Source: Vicinamibacteria bacterium (lineage in GTDB: Bacteria; Acidobacteriota; Vicinamibacteria; Marinacidobacterales; Marinacidobacteraceae). Taken from it: a stretch of DNA of 64,000 nt. Made by a program: the position numbers and the translations under genes. Position 1 is the first letter of the stretch. Each line of letters opens with the position of its first letter. This document shows, piece by piece, positions 57,154-64,000 of the stretch. The notes under the pieces are model-generated. The model was not told where the DNA came from. It saw only the letters and a program-made list of their open reading frames with translations, and did not search any database. The stretch spans positions 1,888,001-1,952,000 of the forward strand of contig OZ219816.1 in the NCBI GenBank assembly GCA_964291235.2. The letters are read 5' to 3'.

Positions 57154-57219
57154 AAAAGCTGGGGTCGTGCACCGCACGAGGCCGCGGTGCCGGTGGCCGG
57201 TTCTCCCGGTGGGGGCCCC

Positions 57220-58299
57220 TTACCGGGGGCGCCGTACGGCCCGGGTCTGGGCGGCTTCCCAAGCGCGGACCCGAATCCGCGCCGCGTCGAAGAGGCGCTC
57301 GTAGTTGCCGCGGCGGAGCTGCTCGCTGGCTTCGGGGTCGAGTTCGTCCAGAAGCGAACGCCAGGCCTCGAGGGCGCCGTGATAGGAGGCCGCGTCCCTC
57401 GCGACCACCGAATCCGACCCGATGATGAATCGGTCCGGCCAGGCGTTCACCAGATCCACCCAGGCGGCAAGGCGCTCCGGCGGCGCCACCATCTGCCGGG
57501 CCACCACGTCCCAGGAGAGATCGAAGTAGAGGTGGTTCAAGCCTTCGTCACGAAGGATCTCCTCCAGCAGGTTCACGTAGTCGCCCGTCGGCTCCACGAA
57601 CCGCCCGAGGCCGGCGTGCGCCCACAGGATCGTTGTTTCCGGGTGCCGCCGGACCACTTCCACAAAGGTGTCCAGATGGGTGGGCCGCTCCCCCTCGTGC
57701 GGGAGGATCACGTCCACGTCGTTGTGGATCAGCGTCAGGAGCCCGACCTCTCCCGCGAACTCGAGGATTCGGTCGAGCGCCGGGTTGCGAAGGCTCGCCG
57801 TATGTCCCACCGTCTTGGGTGACACCACCTCCTTGTGGATGGAGAACTCGCCGATCCCCGAGAACACGCCCGGATAGAGGCGCAGCACGCGCCGGATGTG
57901 GTCCGTCGCGTACATGTCGGTCGGGTTGAATCCGGTGATCATGGGATCGAACCGGTCCTGCTGCTCCGGCGGCAAGGCCAGCACGGCCTGCGCCACCATC
58001 GCGTCCACGAACGGGTAGTAGTAGAGCGCCGCATCGGAACGCAGGTAATAGTCGGGAGCGCGATCGCCCGATTCGAACCAGTCCCACTTCTGCTGGAGCG
58101 GAATGCCCATGAGCGCCGCGCGTCCCACGCGCTCCCCCATCATCGCCAGGAACTCCGGCAGCGACGTCTCCTGCTGGATGTAGTCGGTGGGGTGGTAGTG
58201 CGCGTCGTGGAAGGTGACCCCGGAGTTCGACGACTGGGCCGAGGCCGCGGAGGCAAACAGCACCGCGAACGCCAGACCCAGGCGCAGCCAGCGAGACAT
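57220..58299 (-). CDS. Exported amidohydrolase-2-like TIM-barrel protein
   Basis: Signal peptide; DAHYH, GIGEF, IHND, WAH, GSD. Confidence 0.8.
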   Translation of the reverse strand: MSRWLRLGLAFAVLFASAASAQSSNSGVTFHDAHYHPTDYIQQETSLPEFLAMMGERVGRAALMGIPLQQKWDWFESGDRAPDYYLRSDAALYYYPFVDAMVAQAVLALPPEQQDRFDPMITGFNPTDMYATDHIRRVLRLYPGVFSGIGEFSIHKEVVSPKTVGHTASLRNPALDRILEFAGEVGLLTLIHNDVDVILPHEGERPTHLDTFVEVVRRHPETTILWAHAGLGRFVEPTGDYVNLLEEILRDEGLNHLYFDLSWDVVARQMVAPPERLAAWVDLVNAWPDRFIIGSDSVVARDAASYHGALEAWRSLLDELDPEASEQLRRGNYERLFDAARIRVRAWEAAQTRAVRRPR

Positions 58300-58348
58300 C
58301 GCAGCCAAGAGTATCGGGCCAAAAGCCGAACCGGTAGCCTCTCCGGTC

Positions 58349-59245
58349 ATGCCCTCCGGTGCGCCCCGCCTGCTGATCGCCGGAGAGACCTTCGAGGATC
58401 TCATCTTCGCGGAGTTGCCCCGCCTGCCTCGTCCGGGCGAGGAACTCCGCACGGATCAGTTTCGCCGCACCTTTGGCGGCGGCGCCCTCATCTCGGCGGC
58501 GTGGGCACGGGTGGAGGGGCTCGAGGTGGATCTCCTCTCGGCCCTGCCGCCACGCGTGGGGCGCACCCTCCAGACGGAAGGCATCGGCTACCGCAACCTG
58601 CGCCGGCCCCGCGAGCCGTACGCCGTCACCGCCTGCCTTTCGTTCGGGCCGGAGCGGAGCTTCGCGACCTTCAACGGAATGAACCGGGACCTCGAGCAGC
58701 GGATCTACGTCGCCCTCCGGGGCGCGGGATCCACCACCCCCTTCGGGGCGGTGCTGATGGCGATGCCGCCGCGCGTCTGTCCCGCGTGGACGGAGTTGCA
58801 GATCGCGATGCGGCAGGTCGGCGAGAGCGCCGAGATCTTCTGGGATTTCGGCTATGACGAAGACCTTCCCCGGCGCGATGGCTTCCCCGAGTTGCTCCAG
58901 AACTCCGCCGGGATCTTCGTGAACGCCCAGGAGGCGGCGCTCTACGACGGGCCGGGAGGATTTCTCCAACGGGCCGCCGCCGGTGGAACGCTCGTCATCG
59001 TGAAACGAGGGGCCGACGGCGCCGAGGTGTTCGGGAAACCCGAAACACGCGTGCCGGCGCCGATCCCGCTGCGCGGCATCCGTGACACCACCGGAGCCGG
59101 CGACGCGTTCGCCGCCGGCTTCCTGGCGCGGCGGCTGCGGGGCGGGTCCCTCGAAGAACAGCTCACCGCCGGCAACGTCTGCGGCGCCCGCTCCGTCCAG
59201 TTCCTGGGCGGGTTGCCGGCGCGGCCCTGGAGCGCCGGATCTTGA
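58349..59245 (+). CDS. PfkB-family carbohydrate kinase
   Basis: N..EA, VKRGADGA, DTTGAGDAFAAGFL. Confidence 0.88.
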   Translation: MPSGAPRLLIAGETFEDLIFAELPRLPRPGEELRTDQFRRTFGGGALISAAWARVEGLEVDLLSALPPRVGRTLQTEGIGYRNLRRPREPYAVTACLSFGPERSFATFNGMNRDLEQRIYVALRGAGSTTPFGAVLMAMPPRVCPAWTELQIAMRQVGESAEIFWDFGYDEDLPRRDGFPELLQNSAGIFVNAQEAALYDGPGGFLQRAAAGGTLVIVKRGADGAEVFGKPETRVPAPIPLRGIRDTTGAGDAFAAGFLARRLRGGSLEEQLTAGNVCGARSVQFLGGLPARPWSAGS

Positions 59246-60588
59246 AGGTAGCCCTCCTCGGCGGGGGCGGCCTCCGCACCCCACTGCTGGCCCGCGCCCT
59301 CGCCGCCAGCGGACTCGGAGTCGAGGAACTCGCGCTCTACGACGCGGACCGGACGCGCCTGAAGGCGATCGCGCCGGTGGTCGAGGCGAGTGCCCCCGGA
59401 ATCCGGGTGCGCGGGAGCCGGACCCCGGCCGCCGCCGTCCGCGGAAGCCGGTTCGTGTTCGCCGCCATCCGGGCTGGCGGACAGGAGGCGCGCGCTCACG
59501 ATGAGCGGGTATGCGTCGAGGCGGGAATTCTCGGGCAGGAAACAGTCGGGGCCGTGGGAGCGGCGCTTGCGATGCGGAACATCCCGGCGATGCTGCGGCT
59601 CGCGCGCGTGGTGGAACGAGAGGCCCCCGCGGCCACCCTCATCAACTACACGAATCCCGCGGGAATGGTCACCGAGGCGCTCCTCCGGGAAACCGCGCTC
59701 GAGGTCGTCGGAATCTGCGACACCCCCGCCGAACTCACCGACCGGGTCCTCAAGCTTCTCTACCTCGATCCGGACGCCTGCTCGGCGGGTTGGTCCGGAA
59801 TCAACCATCTCGGGTGGCTGACCGCTCTCCACGAGGCCGACCCGACGGGCGCCTTCCCCCCCGAAAACCGACTCGAAGACCTGTTTCTCGATGTGGAACG
59901 CCTGGAGCGGGTGCATCCGGATGGGCTGTTCGAGAACTCGGAAATGGCGGGCGCCGTCCCCTCGGAGTACGTGTTTCTCCACCTCCACCCCGACCGGGCA
60001 CTACAGCGCACGCGCGCCGCCGGCACCACCCGGGGCGCCTCCATTCTCGATCTGGAAGGGACGCTCTTCGCCGCGCTCAAGGCGGCGTACGGGAGCGGGC
60101 GGCAGGCGCGCGAAAGCTATCGGGAGTTCACCCGCACCCGGGACGCGTCCTACTTTCAGATCGAAGCCCGGGGTGATGCAAACCAGGCGAGCGGCGCGCC
60201 CGCGGATGACGGCCCCAGCGGCTACGACCGCATCGGCCTCCAGGCAATGCGGGCGTTCCTCGGAGACCAAGCGGAAGAGATGGTCGTCAACACCCGGAAC
60301 CGCACGCCGGCCGGAGGCCCGGCCGTCCCGGAGCTACCCGCGGAAGACGTCGTGGAAGTCGCCGCCGTGGTGGGGAAGAGCGGGGTGGCTCCCATTCCCC
60401 AGCCTCCGCTACCCGTCCCGGCCGGAAACCTGCTCCGCAGGGTAAAGGCGGCCGAGCGGGAGTTCGTGCGGGCCGCGCTGACCGGAGATCCCCGGATCGC
60501 TGCGGAGGCTCTACGGGAGCACCCCGCCGGCGGACCGGAGGCGGCCGGCATCTTCGGCAACCTCCGCACCCTCGCGGAGGAAGTCTGA
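59242..60588 (+). CDS. Glycoside hydrolase family 4 (6-phospho-beta-glucosidase-like)
   Basis: GGGGLRTP, GQETVG, INYTNPAG, GICD, GINH; TTGA overlap with the kinase gene. Confidence 0.9.
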   Translation: MKVALLGGGGLRTPLLARALAASGLGVEELALYDADRTRLKAIAPVVEASAPGIRVRGSRTPAAAVRGSRFVFAAIRAGGQEARAHDERVCVEAGILGQETVGAVGAALAMRNIPAMLRLARVVEREAPAATLINYTNPAGMVTEALLRETALEVVGICDTPAELTDRVLKLLYLDPDACSAGWSGINHLGWLTALHEADPTGAFPPENRLEDLFLDVERLERVHPDGLFENSEMAGAVPSEYVFLHLHPDRALQRTRAAGTTRGASILDLEGTLFAALKAAYGSGRQARESYREFTRTRDASYFQIEARGDANQASGAPADDGPSGYDRIGLQAMRAFLGDQAEEMVVNTRNRTPAGGPAVPELPAEDVVEVAAVVGKSGVAPIPQPPLPVPAGNLLRRVKAAEREFVRAALTGDPRIAAEALREHPAGGPEAAGIFGNLRTLAEEV

Positions 60589-60604
60589 GGGCGGTTTCGT
60601 TACG

Positions 60605-62098
60605 ATGGCGGACGACCGTTCCGAATCGCTGTCTTCCGGACCGAGAACCCCGGAACGGCGGGGATTCATGATGCCTCCAGTGAACCGATTCGCAGCGCTG
60701 CTCGCCGGACTGCTCCTCTTCACCCTCGCCGCGCCGCTCGCCGCCCAGCCTCCGCCCGACCCGGGCGACCCCTTCGGGGAAGACCCGTTCGGCAACCGTT
60801 TCGCCACTCCGGACGCCGATGTCGACGCCATGGTGCGGGCGGCATTCTTCTCGAGAAACAGCGCCCAGCGGACCCGTGCGCTCCGTTTTCTCGTGGAACG
60901 CGACCAGAAGGACGTGATCCCGGCGTTCATCGCGGTGCTTCGCCTGCTGCCCGACGAGGACGGACAGCTGCTGGACGCGCTCCAGCGCCTCGCCCGGGCG
61001 AACATCCCCCGGGACTGGAAGGCGTGGACCGAGTGGCAGGAGGAACACACCGAGATCCGTCCCTATCGGGGGTTCGTCAGCTTCAAGGCGGACATCCTCG
61101 CCGGCATCGATCCCAATTTCCGCGACTTCCTCCACCGCGGAGTGCGGCACCGAATCCGGATCGAGGAGATCGTCTGGGGCGGCGTCAAGAAGGACGGCAT
61201 CCCCGCGCTGGTGAACGCGGCGCAGATTCCGGCCGCGGACGCTGGCTACCTCACCGACCGCGAGCTGGTCTTCGGAGTGAGCATCAACGGCGACTCCCGC
61301 GCCTATCCGCTCCGGATCCTCGACTGGCACGAGATGTTCAACGACGTCGTCGGCGGCGTCCCCGTCTCTCTCGCCTACTGCACGCTTTGCGGGTCGGGAA
61401 TTCTGTTCGATACCCGGGTTCCCGGACGCCGGAAGCCGCTCGTGTTCGGCTCCTCGGGGCTGCTCTACCGGTCCAACAAGCTGATGTACGACACCGAGAC
61501 AGAGTCGCTCTGGAACCAGTTCACCGGGGAGCCCGTGGTCGGGGAACTCACGGAATCGGACATCGTGCTGAAGGTCCTGCCGGTGGTGATCACCAGCTGG
61601 AAGGACTGGCTCGCCGCCCATCCCGACACCACGGTCCTCTCGCTCGATACCGGTTTCGAACGCGACTACCGCCCCGGAAGGCCCTACGGGGAGTACTTTG
61701 CGAGTCCCGAGCTCATGTTCCCGGTGGTGGTAAGAGACCGCCGCCTCGACCCGAAGGACCGCATCTACGTCCTCCGGGACGGCGAGAACCAGATGGCCTG
61801 GGCGCTATCGCTCTTCGCCGGGGGCGCCGCCGTCCACGACCGGGTGGGGCCGCGTGAGGTGGTCCTCATCGGGAACGCCGAATTCGAAACGGTACGCGCC
61901 TACGAGTCCGGGGGCCGCACATTCAGCGTCGTGGCGGACGACCCCGCCAACGTGGAAAGCGGCGGAGAACTCTGGAGCGTCAGCGAGGACGCCCTCACCG
62001 GCCCGGCCGGGGAGACCCTGGCCCGGCTGCCCGGCCACATGGCCTACTGGTTTGCGTACCAGAGCTACAACCCGGGCGACCCGGTCCGGGTGGAGTAG
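60605..62098 (+). CDS. DUF3179 domain protein, exported
   Basis: GGV.KDGIPAL, RAYP..IL.WHE..ND, YCTLCGSG, SGLLYRSN.LMYD..TESLW.Q; start may be 60669. Confidence 0.88.
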   Translation: MADDRSESLSSGPRTPERRGFMMPPVNRFAALLAGLLLFTLAAPLAAQPPPDPGDPFGEDPFGNRFATPDADVDAMVRAAFFSRNSAQRTRALRFLVERDQKDVIPAFIAVLRLLPDEDGQLLDALQRLARANIPRDWKAWTEWQEEHTEIRPYRGFVSFKADILAGIDPNFRDFLHRGVRHRIRIEEIVWGGVKKDGIPALVNAAQIPAADAGYLTDRELVFGVSINGDSRAYPLRILDWHEMFNDVVGGVPVSLAYCTLCGSGILFDTRVPGRRKPLVFGSSGLLYRSNKLMYDTETESLWNQFTGEPVVGELTESDIVLKVLPVVITSWKDWLAAHPDTTVLSLDTGFERDYRPGRPYGEYFASPELMFPVVVRDRRLDPKDRIYVLRDGENQMAWALSLFAGGAAVHDRVGPREVVLIGNAEFETVRAYESGGRTFSVVADDPANVESGGELWSVSEDALTGPAGETLARLPGHMAYWFAYQSYNPGDPVRVE

Positions 62099-62120
62099 CG
62101 GCTCGCGCGTTCGGCGGGCG

Positions 62121-62564
62121 TCAGCCGGACTGTTCCACGAGCCCTTCCGGGTAGTTCCGAAGTCTCAACACCATCGAACTCGCATCGGTGGCGCCCAGCG
62201 CGTTCGCGAACCGGAGGTCGGCCGTCACGATCCGGGCGTTCAGCCGGTTGGCCAGTGCGAGGTACATAGAGTCGTACACGGTCCGGTCATGGGCGAACGC
62301 CAGCCGCAGGCAAGCCGCGCCAAGCGCCTCGTCGGCGTGCCAGTTGATCGGCAATCGCGCAAGGGACTCCATCCCGGTTCTTGCGTCACCGAGCTCCAAC
62401 TCCCCTTGAAGAACCTTGCGCCAGAGGGCGCTGCCCACTTCGGACGCCAGGAGATGGGGGCAGTGAATCTCCTCGGCCCCGTTCGCCAGCAGGAAGGCGC
62501 GATTCGAATCCTCTTCCTCTACGAACCACTTGACCGCGACGCTCGCGTCCACCACCAGGTCCAT
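62121..62564 (-). CDS. VapC/PIN-domain toxin
   Basis: VVDASVAVKWF..E, EV..ALW, YD..YLALA, TAD. Confidence 0.9.
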   Translation of the reverse strand: MDLVVDASVAVKWFVEEEDSNRAFLLANGAEEIHCPHLLASEVGSALWRKVLQGELELGDARTGMESLARLPINWHADEALGAACLRLAFAHDRTVYDSMYLALANRLNARIVTADLRFANALGATDASSMVLRLRNYPEGLVEQSG

Positions 62565-62818
62565 CAGAACCTGTGCCCGGAGTCGCGGTCCTCGCGGATC
62601 AGCACCTCCGCGGGGGTCTGGGGCCGGCCCGCCGTCTTTCGCCGTAACTCGGCCGACACCACCCGAAACTCCGCCCAGCGCGCTTGCCCGTCATCGCAGG
62701 CGACCGTCTCCAGGATGTGGCGAACCTCTCCCTCCAGGGAACGCTTGTTCGCGGCGGCCCGAGCTTTGAGGCGCTCGACGACCTCGTCGCCCAGCCTCCG
62801 GACATTGATGGTGGCCAT
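62564..62818 (-). CDS. FitA-like ribbon-helix-helix antitoxin
   Basis: MATINVRRLGDEVVERLKARAAANKRSLEGEVRHIL...IREDRD; its TGA overlaps the toxin ATG. Confidence 0.9.
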   Translation of the reverse strand: MATINVRRLGDEVVERLKARAAANKRSLEGEVRHILETVACDDGQARWAEFRVVSAELRRKTAGRPQTPAEVLIREDRDSGHRF

Positions 62819-62833
62819 GTCGCCCCCCGCTCT

Positions 62834-62850
62834 GTTATCAAAATGATAAC
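62834..62850. promoter_or_regulatory. Palindromic operator upstream of the TA operon
   Basis: GTTATCA-AAA-TGATAAC, 15 nt upstream of the antitoxin start. Confidence 0.6.
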
Positions 62851-62904
62851 TCCCTCGGAGTGGACAGAACCCCGTGCCGCGGGATCGCGGCGCCCGAAGC
62901 TCCC

Positions 62905-63564
62905 CTACTTGTTCGGCTGCGAAACCAGGCGCAGGTAGGGCTTCGGCGACCGCCAGCCGTCCGGGTACTTCTCCCGGGCCGCCTCGTCGGAGACCGCCGG
63001 CACGATGATCACGTCGTCGCCGTCCTGCCAGTTGACCGGCGTGGCCACCTGGTGGGACGCCGTCAACTGCATGGAATCGAGGACCCGGAGCACCTCGTCG
63101 AAGTTCCGCCCGGTGGTCATCGGGTAGGTCAGGATCAGCTTGACCCGCTTGTCCGGGCCGACCACGAACACCGACCGCACGGTCATGTTGTCCATCGCGG
63201 TCCGGCCTTTCCCGCCAGCCGCGTTGGGGTGGATCATGTCGTAGAGCTTCGCCACCGCGAGGTCGTCGTCGCCGATCATGGGGTATTCCACGGGGTGGCC
63301 CTGGGTTTCGGCGATGTCGGCCTTCCAGCGCTGGTGATCCTCCACCGGATCCACGCTCAGCCCCATGACCTTGCAGTTGCGTTTCGCGAACTCTTCCTTC
63401 AGGCCCGCCATGTAACCCAGCTCGGTGGTGCACACCGGGGTGAAGTCCTTGGGGTGCGAGAAGAGGATCGCCCAACCGTCGCCGACCCAGTCGTGGAAGC
63501 GGATCGTGCCCTCGGTCGTACGGGCGGTGAAGTCGGGCGCGATGTCGCCGATGCGGATTGCCAT
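62905..63564 (-). CDS. 1-Cys peroxiredoxin (Prx6 family)
   Basis: FSHPKDFTPVCTTELG, YPMTTGRNFDE, ATPVNW. Confidence 0.95.
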   Translation of the reverse strand: MAIRIGDIAPDFTARTTEGTIRFHDWVGDGWAILFSHPKDFTPVCTTELGYMAGLKEEFAKRNCKVMGLSVDPVEDHQRWKADIAETQGHPVEYPMIGDDDLAVAKLYDMIHPNAAGGKGRTAMDNMTVRSVFVVGPDKRVKLILTYPMTTGRNFDEVLRVLDSMQLTASHQVATPVNWQDGDDVIIVPAVSDEAAREKYPDGWRSPKPYLRLVSQPNK

Positions 63565-63671
63565 GCGGTTACCTCCTGGGTTGCCGGTAGCTGGCGGTCG
63601 CCGGATGTTCTGAACCGGCGCCCGCGAACGATAGCCGCACTTTCGGCCCCGTTCGTGACACGCTACCCCTT

Positions 63672-64000
63672 ATGAGCAAAGCCGGCTCAGGCGCGCAGCT
63701 CCAGCGCCGGATGGGGCTCCTCGGAGCCACTTCCACCAACATCATCGGGATGGTGGGGATCGGTCCCTTCCTGACCATCCCACTGATGGTGTACGCGATG
63801 GGCGGGCCGCACATCATCTGGGCCTGGCTCGTGGGGGCGCTGCTCTCGCTCGCCGACGGCCTCGTCTACGCCCAGCTCGGCGCCGCGCTGCCCGGCAGCG
63901 GCGGGCCCTACATCTACCTGCGGGAGGCGTTTCGTCCGTTCGGGCTGGGGCGGCTGATGGCCTTCCTGTTCCTGTTCCACATCCTGCTGGTGGCGCCGCT
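63672..64000 (+). CDS. APC-family amino-acid permease, 5' part; runs off the window and is absent from the ORF track
   Basis: Manual translation MSKAGSGAQLQRRMGLLGATSTNIIGMVGIGPFLTIP...YAQLGAALPGSGGPYIYLREAF. Confidence 0.88.
   Translation, partial: MSKAGSGAQLQRRMGLLGATSTNIIGMVGIGPFLTIPLMVYAMGGPHIIWAWLVGALLSLADGLVYAQLGAALPGSGGPYIYLREAFRPFGLGRLMAFLFLFHILLVAP

Noticed and set aside
60605-62098. DUF3179 as a second selenoprotein
   Set aside because: The motif is Cys-encoded (YCTLC) and there is no in-frame TGA.

Overview
GC-rich bacterial chromosomal window, densely coding, with about 55 recognisable genes. I saw no rRNA, tRNA, CRISPR array or transposase. Main blocks: APC/AGCS/SSS transporters; a VKOR-DsbA fusion; a truncated complex I operon (nuoABCDHIJKN, with no nuoEFG and no nuoLM) followed by a dicluster ferredoxin; a TolC/CusB/CusA-type heavy-metal RND system preceded by a small Cys/His-containing ORF; an octaheme HAO-family cytochrome c with a duplicated His-containing membrane partner; maeB, nfi, leuB, and gdhA opposite a receiver/PEP-synthase-like protein; several exported hydrolases; a degenerate RES gene, a FitA/VapC-type TA pair and a 1-Cys peroxiredoxin. 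The strongest hidden signal is a MerB (organomercurial lyase)-like gene that the ORF track splits in two. An in-frame TGA (38748-38750) sits at the second catalytic Cys position and is followed 11 nt later by a SECIS-like hairpin, so this is probably a selenoprotein. A family of short non-autonomous inverted-repeat elements and REP-like palindromes recurs in intergenic regions. All calls come from reading motifs by eye; no database searches were run.
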